Source of the DNA: the human T2T-CHM13v2.0 reference genome, Homo sapiens
Assembly: GCF_009914755.1 (NCBI RefSeq)
Contig: NC_060929.1
DNA: 64,000 nucleotides
Strand: one strand, 5' to 3'
Shown here piece by piece: positions 1 through 15,639 of the stretch (positions are counted from its first letter, which is position 1; each line of letters starts with the position of its first letter). The translations under genes and the position numbers were made by a program. The notes beneath the pieces were generated by a model. That model saw only the letters and a program-made list of their open reading frames with translations. It ran no database searches and was not told where the DNA came from.

Positions 1-134
1 ATGAGCCCACCATTAAAAATGATATTACAAGATAAGAAAATTATAGGCCAATATTCTTGAAAATCATAGAGCAAAAAATCTTAAGTAAAACAGTAAATCA
101 AATTTCAATGAATATAAAAAGGATAATATATTAT

Positions 135-752
135 TGATACAGCTCTGATGAGTGGAGAACACCAGGTTCTTTTTCTCTAGTGGAATTAGAAAAAAAAGAC
201 ACAGACACATGTTGAGTAGTTTTAAGGAGCAGGGAGTTTAATAGGCAAGAAAGAAGGTGGAAGAAAGAAAGAAGCTCCCCTGTACAGAGAGAGAGGGAGA
301 GGGGCGCCAAAGCTGAGAAATGGAACCCCACTTTCAGGTAGTATCAGCCAGCTATATTCGATGGCTGGAGGAGGCAGTGTTTGATTTGCATAGGGCTCAG
401 GGGATTGGTTAGACCAGGCATGTCATTCATGTAGCCCGCAAAAAAACTGGCCCTCCCACCCTAGTCTTTTAATATGCAAATACAGGGCGCCATGATGTTC
501 CACACATATGGGGATATGTGGGGGCGGCCATGCTGCTAGGCACATATGGGGGCAAGTGCAAGAAGACAAAGGTGGGAATAGCCATGTTGGGTGGACCCAG
601 TTTCTAAAGGTTGGCATTTGCATATCAAAGGTTTCCTGCCTGGGTCTAAGAGCCAGGGCTTTCATGCTAGACAAGAGCTGTGAAAAATCTTCCAAGGACC
701 CCCTTTTTCCTCTCTAGCTGCCTAAAATAATTTCTTAATAATTCCTACCTCA
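135..752 (-). mobile_element. ERV1-class solo LTR (MER61-like, MER4 group)
   Basis: TG...CA termini with a 4-bp TSD TTAT (131-134 and 753-756), typical of ERV1. The L1 sequence resumes on both sides. Subfamily from memory. Confidence 0.8.
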
Positions 753-862
753 TTATGACCAAGTAAATTGAATTATTCTGGAGCTTATCCAAGATATGCA
801 AAATTGGTTTAACATTTGAAAAATCAATCAATGTAATTCACCATATTAACAGACGAAAAAAG

Positions 863-864
<2 letters not shown>

Positions 865-897
<33 letters not shown>
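865..897. repeat. (AC)16 microsatellite
   Basis: Perfect AC run seen directly. Confidence 0.97.
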
Positions 898-902
<5 letters not shown>

Positions 903-1099
903 CCACAAAACCACCAAAAATGCAGAAAAACACGTAACAAAATATAATGTATATTTATGAAAGAAAAAAAATTCTTAGCAAACTAGGAATAAAGGAAAAT
1001 TCCTCAACTCAATAAAAGGCCCATAAAACACCTATTTTGTATAATAGGTGTTTCACAATAATAAAATTAAGTGAAAGATTGAAAGCTTTCCCCCTATAA

Positions 1100-1428
<329 letters not shown>

Positions 1429-2992
1429 AAGATGTCCATTCTTACTACTTCTATTCAACATTGTACTGATGTTTTAGCTAATAAAATAAGACAAGAAGAA
1501 GAAATAAACAATAGATAGAATAGAAAGGAAAAAGAAAGCCGTCTTTACTCTCAGATGATATAATCATCTGCATAGAAAATCCTATAAACCTACCAAAAAG
1601 TCACTAGAAGTTGTAAATACGAGCATGGTTTCAGGATAGAAAATCAATATAAAAGATTACATTTATATATCATGGCAGTAAACTAAAATTAAGAAACTAT
1701 GTCACCTATAGTAGAATCAAAAATATGAAATAGGAAATATTTTTGACAAAATATGTGTAAGATGTACACTGAAAACTACAAAACACTGTTAAAAGAAATT
1801 AAAGAGCTATAAATGGAAATATATACAATGTTCATGGATCAATGAAGATGATGCAATATTAAGATGTCAGTTCCCCCCCAAATTAATCAATAGTTTTAGT
1901 GTAATCCCAATAAAAATCCTTGCAGAGTTTACTGTACAAATTTACAAGCTAATTATAAAATTTATATAAAAATGCGAAAGACCTAGGATAGCCAAAATAA
2001 CTGTAAAAAGAACAAAGTTGGAAGGTTAACACTATCTGATTTGAACACTTATAAAGATACAGTAATCAAGTCAATGTGATGTTAGTGTCAAGACAGGTAA
2101 ATGAAACAGAAAAGAGTCCAGAAATAGACTTAACAGATATATGGGCAACTGATTTTTGGTAAAGGTGCAAAGGCAATTCGGTGAAGAAAGGATAGTCTTT
2201 TTAACAAATCGTGGTGGAACAGTTGAGTATCTGTATGGAAGAAACAAAGACAGAACTGCATCCATCTCTTGAACCATATACAAAAGTTCACTCAAAATGA
2301 GTCATAGTCCTAAATGAAAAACCTAAAACTGTAAAACTCCTAGAGGAAAACATAGGAGGAAATTTTTATGACCCTAGATTAAGCAAAGAATTTTTTAGAT
2401 GCAACACCAGAAGCACAATTCATGAAAGAAAAAATTGATTAATTGTATTACATTGAAATTAAAGACTTTTGCTCTTTGAATTACATGGTTAAGCAAATGA
2501 AAAAACAAGCCACAGAATGAGAGAAAATATTTGTAAATCACATATCTGACAAAGAATTGTATTCAGAATATATACAGAACTCTCAAACCCAGTAATAAAA
2601 AAACAAACAACTCAAAAAAATAAAGAAATCTTTTACATTTATAAAAAATATGTAAAAGGTTTACCAAAAAAGATACATGGATGACAAATAAGCACATTAC
2701 AAAAAGGTTCAACATCATTATTAAGTAAATGCAAATAAGACAATGAGATACCACTCTACCCCTGTTAGAATGACTACAATTAAAAAGACTGATCACAGTA
2801 AGTATTGCCAAAGACAGAAAGCAACTGAAGTTCTCATACACTGCTGGTCAAATGGTCCAAGTACATTGGAAAACCTGTTCGGCACTTTCTTAAATAGTTA
2901 AACATATGCCTACCCCATGTCCCAGCCATTGTACCCCTAGGTATTTACACAAGAGATATGAAAGCATAGGTCCATACAAATACTTGTGCATG

Positions 2993-3392
<400 letters not shown>

Positions 3393-4015
3393 TCAAATTT
3401 TCATCATCTGGTGAAAAAAATAAACAAAATTGTGTTTTACATTGAAATGCTACTCAACAAAAAAGCAATGAACTACTGATACACACAGCAACATGGATGA
3501 ATCTCAAAGTCATTACACTGAAAAAAAAAAGACAAAAATTCAGACTTATTGTATGACTTCATTCATCTGAAATTCTACAAAAAGGAAACTAATGTCTACT
3601 GATAGCAAATCAGTGGTTATCTGGGAATAGGAGAAGATGGGATGGAGTGGACAGAGGGATTATAAAGGACAAGCAGACTTTGGTGAGGATGGATATGTTC
3701 ATAATGATGCTTTTCCTAATAGTTGCATAGATGTACACATAAGTCAAAGCTTATAAAATTGTATACTTTGAACATGTAGTTTGTTACATGTCAACCATAT
3801 CTCAATAATGCTGTTTTGATTTTTTTAAACATGTTCAGCATATGGCAGTTGCTTTCTTTTGCTTCCAGTTGTTCTCTGACTGGCTTTGTTTTGTATCTTT
3901 CCTGATGAATCTCCAAAGCATGGATAGCTTTGACTTCACGGCCCAAATGGATTTCATGTCTCTGGTGAAACTCTGACCCACTAATAGTGGCTGCCTATAC
4001 CACTGCATTGAGCAA

Positions 4016-4288
4016 TGTAGACAGAATAACGGCCCCCAAAGATGTCCATATCCTAACCCCTGGATGGCAAAAGGGATTCTACAGATGTGATTAAAGTTAG
4101 GGATCTGGAAATGGGTAGGCAATCCTGGATTATTCAGTGGCCCAATCTAATCACAGTAGTCCTTAAAAACAAAGAAAACTTTCTGGCTGTGGTCAGAGAG
4201 AGACAGCAGTGTGAGAAGGGTGTGGCAAGCTGTTGCTGGCTCTGAGACATAGGGGACTATGTGCAGGGACCAAACAGAGGCCTCTGGA

Positions 4289-4323
<35 letters not shown>

Positions 4324-4498
4324 AGGAAAATAGATTCTTTTTCAAAGTTTTAGAAAGAAAGGCAACCCTGCTTGATTTTAGCCCAGTGAAACCTGTATTG
4401 GACTTCAGACCTATAAATCTATAGGATAATAAAGCTGTGTTCTTATAATCCACCAAGTTTGTGGTAATTTGTTATAGTAGCAACAGAAAATTAATCCA
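4016..4498 (+). mobile_element. MaLR solo LTR (MLT1D-like) with an internal A28 run
   Basis: Starts tgtagacagaataacggcccccaaagatgtcc and ends gtggtaatttgttatagtagcaacagaaaattaatcca. Confidence 0.85.
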
Positions 4499-5449
4499 AG
4501 TAGCAAAGAATATCGTCATTGGTTAATGATGTCTACCTGGAATACCACAGGGGAAAGAGGCATGTGTGCTGCTTTTCTGCCATCTTGGTTCTCTGCTGAA
4601 GGTATACTGGCAGTGGCAGCTAGGAAGGCACCTTCATTTATGGTGTCTACTGTGTGCCAACCTCTACATGAGGTTCTTTGAATATGTTCCTTCAGTCATC
4701 TTCACACCAGTCCTTTCATGAAGTAAATATGACTTCCTCCTTTGAGAGATGGGGATCAGAGAATTGAGACCTTATCTAAGTTCTTAATTTCAAATGCTGT
4801 TTTTTATTCCTCCTTGCTTGCAAACAAAGCGGGAAATCCCAATAAAACATAGGTGAACAAGGTTTCAAGTGTTGATGGAAAACAAGAACAAACACAGATG
4901 AAGAGCCTTTGTCTTGGAACAATACTTGTGGCCCTGGGAGTGGTGCACCTAGCGTTATTATCTCAGCTGGAGATCCTAGAAGTGTCTTGGGAGTGGGGAA
5001 GGAACAATACATATCTAATATTTGCTAATTATCATGAATCTGCTTGTTTACACTTAAAATTCAGCACAGAGGAATACCACTTATTTTCTCTCTCAGCACG
5101 ATATGTGTGACGCATCCAGCCAGCTGCCGCATTGGGCTCCTGGCCCCTCTGGGAGTGGGGACTTGTTTATGCCCCTGCTGAAGAGGCTTCACTGCCTGCA
5201 TCCTTCCTGCCTGCTCTCTGTCTTCCAAGGACGCTCCAGGCAGCCATGCTGCGGACAGCACTACTGAAGTCTCTTTCTTGGAGTGAAATTGCAACAACAT
5301 GTGTTGGGGCAAGTGAGGGAGCAAGGCCCCAGATAACCTTCAAAACAGAGCTGTGGAACCAGGCCAGGCCACTGTCATTTGCCATTGCACCATTTTTCTT
5401 TCAAAAAATTGTTAGTAGTTGGGGAAGCACAGGGAAAGGTTGAGGGCCT

Positions 5450-5822
5450 GGGTTCGGCCCTGAATAATTCCATGACTTAGTCTTTCTGAGCCTTAAATTT
5501 TTTCACTTATAATGTGAGAGTTATAACAGCGCCTTACATGGATACAACAGTGGCTACCATTTACTAAGCATATACTATGTGTCAGGCACTGAGCTAAAAA
5601 GTTCACATGCAAATCTCACCCCAATAGTCTTATGAAAGACAGACCATTGCCCCTAGAGATGAGAATACAGAGGCTCAAAGAGAATTAGTTACTTGCCCAA
5701 ATTCACACAGTAGTAAAGGAAACTAAGCAAGACACCTGACTCTAGACTCAGAGAACTTTACTGCCATGGTAAAGGACTTAGCATAGCACCTTGCATATAG
5801 TACATGTTCAGTAGATTTTAGC
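5450..5822. mobile_element. MIR (+) split by an oppositely oriented MIR (-, ~5550-5768)
   Basis: MIR core in both orientations (gatgagaatacagaggctcaaagag...acttgcccaaattcacacag). The + copy appears to resume at ~5770. Confidence 0.6.
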
Positions 5823-5899
5823 TAGAGTTACATGGGCTTTAGTGTTAGTATTCAGTGTTAGTTGGGATCTGAGGTCCCCTTAACCTTCACTCCTTTTAT

Positions 5900-6761
<862 letters not shown>

Positions 6762-8599
6762 TGAGCCCATGTCCTAGAAGGGAGACCAAGGTGTCAGTTT
6801 AGGGAGTTCATAGGGGCTAAATTGCTCCAGATCCTCCACCTTTTTCTCAGATCCCTTATGCTCCCCAGCTGATGGCTCAGGCAAAATGCCTCCTAGTTTT
6901 AGCTGCCACTCTCAAATTGCTTCATGTGTTCTGCAGTAAGTTACTGCTCCTGTTTTGAGTTTCTCCTGTTCTCGGGTCTATCAGATACTACATTGCTTCC
7001 CTTCCCTCTGCATGCCCAGACACCAACACTGTGTGAGTCTTGGGGAAGTTGCTGCTTTATCCCCACAGCCTGTATTTGGGATTCATGGAAATACCTTGCC
7101 ATTAATTTTTTTATTTTGTTATGTATTTTATTTGTTTTTATGTGGATATCAGGTAAACTGAAAAAGGGTACTACCAACGCTCTTATCTACCAAAGTCTCC
7201 TAGAACCCTTGATTCTTCTTTGATCACAGGATCCTGTTCAGATCTTGCTTCTCCTTGTGTGCATGCAAGACCACCAAAGTTACCCTACAAGGACTTGCTT
7301 CATGATCCACTGAACTCTGCTTTCTATCACTGATGATGGAAACATTGTGTTCTAGCGAGACAGGTTCATATTCCTTCACAACAGATTTTCAACTCAATTT
7401 AGCCATGAAAGAAGCTGCCAGGCAGAGAAGAGATCAAAGATCTTGTAGTAGGAGGCAGCTGGACTGGAAATTTAAGATCCCTTCCATCTCTAGTATCTTG
7501 GAGTCTCTGACAGTTCAGGAAGGACCCACCAAACATCCCCAGCTTCCTCTAATTAATCTTATCCTGAGAAAATAGTAAAAGTCTCTGGGGATTAGACCTC
7601 TAAGCCTTTGAATATGAGATTTCCAAAGGTCACCAGAACAAGACTGGAATCCTCTTCTCCCATTTTCATCATCATAGGTATGTAAGTGGTTTTATAAAAG
7701 AAGTTCCCATTTTTACTTAACTGAATTAGACACTATCCAAAGAAGTAAGCATTGTTCCTGCTTTTTATGAACTCATGGTCTGACTCAACAGTATAAATTG
7801 CCAGTTTTTATATTTGTTTTACTCATACTTTTAAGGAACCATGAAATAATATTTGGCACAAGAAGGAAAATTCTTATATGATCATAAGCATTAATGGCTT
7901 GTCAATGAGTTTTCCCATTTATAAAAAAATAAAACTTAAATACAACAAGGAGTTTTAGGATTTTGCTGAACACCTCTCACCAGTTATCTTTTGGAAAAAT
8001 ATTCAAAACTTTTTAGAACTCTGATGTTGGAGGAGGAAGAAAGGAGAAGATGTTAGCTTCTCTCTCTCTCGGCCCCTCCCTTTCCATCCTTTTCCAGGAG
8101 AAAAGAATAATCTGATGGATCTCATCTGAGGATGCTAATTAGGTCCCTATAATGTGTCCAAGAGTCACTGTGTATGTCATGTTTTGTTCTGGTGATAAAA
8201 GACATGTATTAGAGACCTAGAATATTCTTTTAGACTGCTTCCTGTTTTGTTCTATCAATAGTTTTTCAACCACATCCTGAGGACCCAAAAGATCTAAAGG
8301 ACATCTGAGGGATCCTTAAAAATATTCTTCAAATTTCATTTTTAAATACATATAAACCACTTTAAAATCTGCAATAAACAAACATACCTTCAAATGTGCC
8401 ACATATCAATTTTTAATGCTTTGAGTCTAACATATATATTAATGTATCTCACACTTTTGTGTCAAAGTATATATAAATCTTGAAATAAGTCTTCTGCTAT
8501 CTTTTTATTAAAGAATTTCCTGACATTACAAGATGAACTGCTTTTAAAACCATATTATTATTACAACTAATCTGTTTGAGCCAGATTTTCTTAATATTG

Positions 8600-9110
8600 G
8601 ATATATTAGATATGTTTTGGTTGCACAAGATAGAAATCCAAATCAAACTGGCCTAAAAGACAAAAGGGATATTACTGGTTTGTGTAACAGAAACGTCTAG
8701 GGGTAGCACTGGATTAAGTTCCAGCTAGATCCAGACACTTCAGTGGTGTCCTGTGCAGTCCTGAGCCCCTGCTCATCTGGGTAGTGCTTTCCCCTTGGTT
8801 GGCTTCTTCCTTTACGTAGTGCTGAGGTGTGGTTGCCCCCAGCAACCCCAGGCTGATGCTCTTCCAGCTTCGAGGCAGCAGGAAGAGCCTCTGTTTCCTG
8901 GTGCTCCTGAATCCCGCCTCCCAGACCTACCTCTCTAGCTGGGAGTGGGACCACCTACTCCAGAACGACATGACCAGAATTGGGGGTGGGGAGAGGTATG
9001 GAAAGTAGACAATAGAGACTAGGTCCACAACAGCAGTCCACTCTAGTGGGCAGGCTAAACAAATTACAGGAGCACACTGGACCCCAAGACTGCACTGTCC
9101 CCATTTGATA
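8600..9110 (-). mobile_element. Old MaLR LTR (MLT1K/J-like)
   Basis: ttttggttgcacaagatagaaatccaaatcaaactggcctaaaag...ccagctagatccag matches the antisense MLT1K start. Confidence 0.6.
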
Positions 9111-9719
9111 TCTGTCTTTGATTTCAAACACCTGAGTTCCCCAGAATGGCCTCATTGTTCTTATATATTGATTGCATAATAGGTAAATATTATGCATTTG
9201 AATCTAAAAATAAAGTTAGGATATAAAATAGCTTTTTATCCATTTAAATACTTGGAGGTTCTACATAAGATCTGTCAAAAAAAAAAAGGGTGGGTTTGGT
9301 ACCTTAAAAAAGTTGAAACTTATTACTGTACATGCATTTACTTCCAAGGTAAGTTCAGTCAATACAAAGGCTTCTTGGCCACACGAGCTCATGGTGATAC
9401 CTGTCTCTTTTGTGTGTGTTTTACTCATTTGGATCTTGGTCTAAGAGGCTGTGAGGCAAAGCGGAAGCTTGTCATCAGAAGTTCAAGTCCAGGCTTTACT
9501 CGTTACTGTCCTTGTGACTTTCCTTATCTGCAAAATGGGAACAGTGACGGGAATCATAGAGGATAATTAAGCCAGAAGGTTTTGAGGGAAAGTTCTTTAA
9601 AATCAGTAAATGCTATGTGATTACAAAGTATTATCTTTCATCTTATGTTAATTATATATGTATGTTTGTTCAATGTGTTTATATAAAATTTAATTATCTA
9701 TATATTTATCTAGTTCCCT

Positions 9720-10203
9720 TGAAGTAGATTAATTGCATTAATGACCTCATTTATTTATCCCTACCTTCATCCATATCCTTTGACATGCAGGTATATATTC
9801 CCTTCATACTGATTCTGCATTTAACCACATGACTTGCTTAGGCCAATAGTATGTTAAGTTAATGTGACACAAAGGCATGAAAAGCACTTGTACAATTGGG
9901 CTTGCTTACTCTTACTCCTGTACCTTTACCATGAGAACAGGCCTAGGCCAATCTGCTAGAGGATGAAACACATAGAACAAAAGCCATGTTGACCAGGCAG
10001 TCACGCCCATTGAGGTCATCCTAGACCAACGAATAGTCAGTCAACTCCCAGACATATGAGCCTAAACCAGAAGAACTGCCCAGCTGAGCCCAGCCTAAAC
10101 TTCCAACTTGCAGATTTGTAAGCTAAATAAATACTCACCATTTTAATCCTCTAAGTTTTCGGGTTTTTTTTGCATCTTGTTGTGGTAATCAATAACTATT
10201 TCA
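9720..10203 (+). mobile_element. Old MaLR LTR (MLT1G/H-like)
   Basis: acatgacttgcttaggccaatag; gcccagctgagcccagcctaaa; aaataaa poly(A) signal near the 3' end. Confidence 0.7.
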
Positions 10204-10444
10204 CTCCCTGATAAGGAGACCAAGAATTTTGTGTTACATCTTATCCATCACTGTGTCTTACAAACAGAAGTTAATAAATATTTGCTAATGGAAATATGTT
10301 AAGGACTCTCAGCTTTCATAAGGTGTCAAACTCTGAAGCTCTCCAATTTCTCCAACCCTCTAAAGTGATATGAGAGAAGTGGAATTCCAATATTATTTAA
10401 AGTTTTCTAACATTCAGATACTCTCTGAGGTAGTTTTTCTGCAG

Positions 10445-10610
10445 TACTTCATTTAATCTCCACAGTACCTTTGAGAGGCAGGTATGAATTTTCCCATTTT
10501 AAAGATGAAGAAACTGAGGATAAGAGAAGTGAAGTAAGTTACCTAAGGTCACACAACAAGAGTGGTAGAGCTGGATTCTCCCTGTAGGTGAGCCTGCTTC
10601 TCAGGCCAGT
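10445..10610 (-). mobile_element. MIR
   Basis: cccattttaaagatgaagaaactgagg...cctaaggtcacacaac core. Confidence 0.8.
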
Positions 10611-11493
10611 GCAATCTCTGCTACATTTGAATGCCTTACACCCCTTGCTCTAAGGGTTAGAACCACCTCATTTGGCCTTTCTCTAAATACCATCTTTTTC
10701 TCCAGTGGTGTCATATTTGTTTATCTTGGATCCTAGACCTTTATTAGATTTTATTTTCTCTCATCATACTGGAAGATAATCTATTTATTGATTAGCATAC
10801 TTGTTTGATACTTTAAAAATTACAAATTGTTGATTTCCTTGTATTTGTTTCTAAGAAACTTTATTCATTGTAAATAAATGAGGGAAGAAGTTGCTTTCCA
10901 AAGATCTCGAGAATCTAGCATTTTCTTAGCCCAAATTTGGCCCTTACTCTGGGTTTCTGGCCCCAATATTTGAGTTGTTCTCCTCTCCACACCCAACAGA
11001 AGTTATTTTTAAGTTGCATTTTATCCAAAGAGCATTTTTCAAAGAATGCCTTGGAAGGTCCTGGAGTTTCTCTTCAGCTCAAGAACTGTCCCTTGGCCCC
11101 ACCCCGTCAGTCTAGGGAGTTTATTTTGGTCTATGCAAGAGTCGCATGTTTTCTTTTGATGAAGTCATCTGGGTATTTTGCTTCCATGCCCTTGGTCCTA
11201 TTTCCTTAAGAAAGGCTGGTCTCTCTGTGATCTGCCAGGGACAGAGAGGTGGGCCCTCTTTTCTGTCAGTTAAGAAGCAGAATCACCACGAAGACCCTGC
11301 CTCTCCAACCCCAACCACACCCATGGCTTCCCCTGGGTACCCCCCAATCCAAATCCTTCTCTTTCTTCTGAGCCCAGCCCATCCCCCTCTCTGCCACAGT
11401 GAGCTCCCTGACTCATGAATTTGTAACAATATCCCTCTTTTCTGAATGATTAGAAAACCTAAAACACTTGATTGTCTATTTATTTAGCACATA

Positions 11494-12619
11494 CAGACGG
11501 TCCCCAGTGAATGATGATTCAACTTACAATTTTTCGACTTTACGATGGTGTAAAAGCACTACACATGCAGTACAAACCGTACTTTGAATTTTGAATTTTG
11601 ATCTTTTCCCAGGCTAGCAATATGCAGGATGATACTCTCTCATGATGCTGGGCATCAGTGAGCCATAGCTCCCAGTCAGATGTACCATTAGAAGGGTAAA
11701 CAACTGATAAGCTTCAGTGTGCTATATCCGATAAATTACCTAAGATAGTCAACACTTTATTATGAAATATGAAATAGGCTTTGTGTTAGATGATATTGCC
11801 CAATTCTAGGCTCATGTAAGTGTTCTGTGTATGTTTAAGGTTGTCAAGGCTAAGCTGTGATATTCATTGGATAGGTTAGGTATATTAAACATATTTTTTT
11901 AAAAAAATTTATTTCGATAAGTTTTGGGGGAACAGGTGGCTTTTGGTTACAAGAGTAAGTTCTTCAGTGGTGACTTGTAGGATTTTGGTGCACCTATCAC
12001 CCGAGCAGTATACACTGAACCCAATTTGTAGTCTTTTATCCCTCACCCCCCCACACACTTTCCCCTGAGTCCCCAAAGTTCGTTGTATCATTCTTATGCC
12101 TTTGCATCCTCATAACTTAGCTCCCATTTATGAATGACAACATGTGAGGTTTGGTTTTTCATTCTTGAGTTACTTTACTTAGAATAATAGTCTCCAATTC
12201 CATTTAGGTTGCTGTGAATGCCATTAATTCGTTCCTTTTTATGGCTGAGTAGTATTCCATCATATATATATAGCACAGTTTCTTTATCCACTCGTTGATT
12301 GATGGGCATTAGGGCTGGTTCCATATTTTTGCAATTGTGAATTGTGCTAGTATAAATATGCATGTGCACGTATCTTTTTTGTATAGTGACTTCTTTTCCT
12401 CTGGGTAGATACCCAGTAGTGGGATTGCTGGATCAAATGGTAGTTCTACTTTTAGTTATTTAAGGAATCTCCACACTGTTTTCCATAACGGTTGTACTAG
12501 TTTACATTCCCACCAACAGTGTAGAAGTGTTCTCTTTAAATGTATTTTTGACTAACACTATTTTCAACTGACAATGGGTTTATCAGGCCGTAACACCACT
12601 GTAAGTCGAGGAGCATCTG
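11494..12619 (-). mobile_element. MER47 / Tigger5-derived TcMar DNA transposon, split by an L1PB
   Basis: Imperfect TIRs cagacggtcccc... / ...gtaagtcgaggagcatctg, flanked by TA (11492-11493 and 12620-12621). Confidence 0.85.
11894..12536 (-). mobile_element. L1PB 3' fragment (5'-truncated)
   Basis: L1PB 3' UTR (ggaacaggtggcttttggttac...cccgagcagtatacactg). Degenerate TSD taaacatattt / taaatgtattt. Confidence 0.88.
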
Positions 12620-12624
12620 TACTT

Positions 12625-13200
12625 ACTGGGTGTATACATGTGCCAGGCTATACCCTCATAGAGCTTACAGTCTACCATAGATGAAAAACCACAAATAAAT
12701 ATGATACATTCAGGTGGTGACAGTAATTATTTTAAACACAGGATAATGGAATGTAATAAACAGGAGGATGAGGAGGGTTACTTCAGATAGGGTGATCAGG
12801 GAAAAGAACTCTGGAAAAGTGACATGTGCATTGAAAGGACTCCACCTTTCCTCTGAGGGAAGAGTGGCCCAGGTGAAGTATATGATAAGTGCAAAGGCCG
12901 TGGGGCAGAAACTAGCCTGATGTGAGCAGAAAGAAGGCCTGTGTGGCTAGAGCAGAGAGGTAAGGGGACACTGGTGCTAGATAGGGTTGAAGGGGAAGGG
13001 TGGGCCTATCAAGTACACCAGAGGAATTAGTTTGGATTTTGCACTAAATTCAATGGAAGTATTGGAGGGTTTTAGGCATAGGAGGGATATCTAATTAATA
13101 TTTATTAAAAATCTCTTTGACTGCTGTGTGGAGACTAGAATAACTAGAGGGATGCAGGAGGGTGATGGCTATTCTAGTAGAAATAATAGAGATTTGTACA
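12625..13200 (-). mobile_element. L2 fragment
   Basis: gtgccaggctataccctcatagagcttacagtcta...gtgcaaaggccgtggggcag, purine-rich antisense L2. Confidence 0.7.
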
Positions 13201-13396
13201 AAGATAGAAGAAAGATTGTCATGATTTTTTTTACCAGCCTTTCCCTACATGTAATAATCTCCTTTCTATGTATATTAAGTTCATTTACTTTTAAACTTGG
13301 ACTGTGTCTTGTATTTTGTTCTATTACTTACAAACCCAAGCCAGACTAGAACCAAGGCAGGTACTTAGATACGTGACCAATTAACTCTGTTTAATT

Positions 13397-13731
<335 letters not shown>

Positions 13732-14855
13732 TAGATTAGGCATCTGGTAAACCACCCCTCCCCCAAACTGTAAGTTAAATTTGGAATGCACCTTTGAAGT
13801 CTTTGGGTCTAAGTCTACATTTCAATTTGCCACCTACTAAATCTTTGCATACCAACCTTCTTCTAGACTGATTCACAACAGAAATGCCCATGCCATTGGC
13901 ACCAGTGTGAAGCAGTGTCTGCCTACTTGCAGATGTATGATTACCTGATAAAATAAACCCTGTCTTGTATAAGACATTCTCCTCTGGTCTCTGTACCTTG
14001 CAGCCACTCACAATCCTAACTGATATAATTGATCACTTGAACATTGTTCAGACATGCCTATACCTTCTTCCACTCTGTGAAACAGTCAATGACATATGGT
14101 GGTAGGTTCTGGGGCTCTGCCAGACACCCTTCCAAGGATTTCACACATTTACAAGGCAGCAGGTGACACCTGGGAAGTCTCCGGGCATTTTCAATGCCTC
14201 CTCTTCAACAATTTCCTCACTCACTGTCAGATCTCACATCTCACCAGCAAAGCTTATTATTCCAGGTGGCTAAACTCCTCCAGGTGAAGTGAGAATATCC
14301 TGACCTTTCTCTGTGAAGCGTCACTCTTTTTGTAAGCTCAAACAGTGTTGCTAATGGATGATGAGATGATCTACCGTGCACTTTGGTTCCTATAGGTTTC
14401 TTAGGTTTATTTGAACAAGTCTTTTCTCTGCCCCTGGTAGTTGGCTGGGTCGAGGAAAGGCAAGCCAAATAAAACCTCTGACAAACTTAAAGTTTCCTCT
14501 TTAGCTAGAGGGTACTTTTAGGGTAAGGGACTATTTGATTCTTTAGTATAAGATTTTTAGAAACAGAGGACTTTAGAGTCAGAAGAGCTCTTACACATCA
14601 TCCAGTCATTTGGCAGAAGAAAAATGGGGAGCAGAAAGTTTAATTCCCTCTGACATTGGAACTATGCACTATTCTGAGTACCAAGGCAAGGCAATCTCAT
14701 GTGCATAAAATATTATTTTACACTAGGCACTATAGTAGGTTTTATACACAAATTAATTTTATTTCTTCCTCCCAACAATTTTAGAAAACAAATGCTGATA
14801 TCACTGTATTGCACAAGGGATAACTGAAGCCCAGAGTTTCAAAATCTTTAGACAA

Positions 14856-15255
14856 TGTGGTAGCTTGCATTGTTATTTTCCATTTTCACCTCCTTCTCCC
14901 CATATTGGTATTTATCACTACCACATAGATGTTGGTCTTGGCAATTTGACTTGCTTTGACCAATGGAACATGAGCAAACACAGCATAGGTCACATCCATC
15001 CAAGTAAAGGCTTTTAATATGATTGCATGATTCAACTTGGTTTATTGTTCCTGTGCCCTCTGTTATGAGAAGTCATGTCCCAAAAGCTGCTTCTCCATTA
15101 ACTTGGGTCTTGCAGTAAGAAATGAATCTGAGCCCACCAATGCCTGAGGAAGAGCTACAACTGACCTGTAGCCAACACTATGTAATATGAGAAAGAAAGA
15201 AATATTTTGTAAGCCATTGAGAGTTGGAATCTATTTGTTACACAGCATGGCCTAG
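14856..15255 (+). mobile_element. Old MaLR LTR (MLT1H/I/J-like)
   Basis: tgtggtagc start; tgacttgctttgaccaatgg; gtaagccattgagagttgg...ttgttacacagcatggcctag end. Confidence 0.65.
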
Positions 15256-15639
15256 TGAAAGGTAATGAACACAAATGGACAGAGCCGGGATCTATATCCA
15301 GACCTATCTGCTTCCAAATGCCATATCCTTTTCCCCACCAAACAGTCCTTTCTGTCCACTCCGGTATGCTTTAGCCTCAGTAGCAAATACTGCTTTTTCA
15401 GACCCATACCTTTAAACTCCCCTCTCCAGCACCCAAGACATTTTCCTTGACCATTTTCTTTAGGCTCAATATCTTGCTCACACAAGTGCCCCCCTACCAG
15501 CTCTCACAAAATGATGAACCGCCCTAGCCCACAAAGAAAAAGAGGGGCTGTCGTGCATAAACCCCTTCAGCTTCCCTCTTGCATTTCTAGATGTATCGAT
15601 ACCACTGCCTATTCTTCCTCATCACCTCTCACCTCCACA

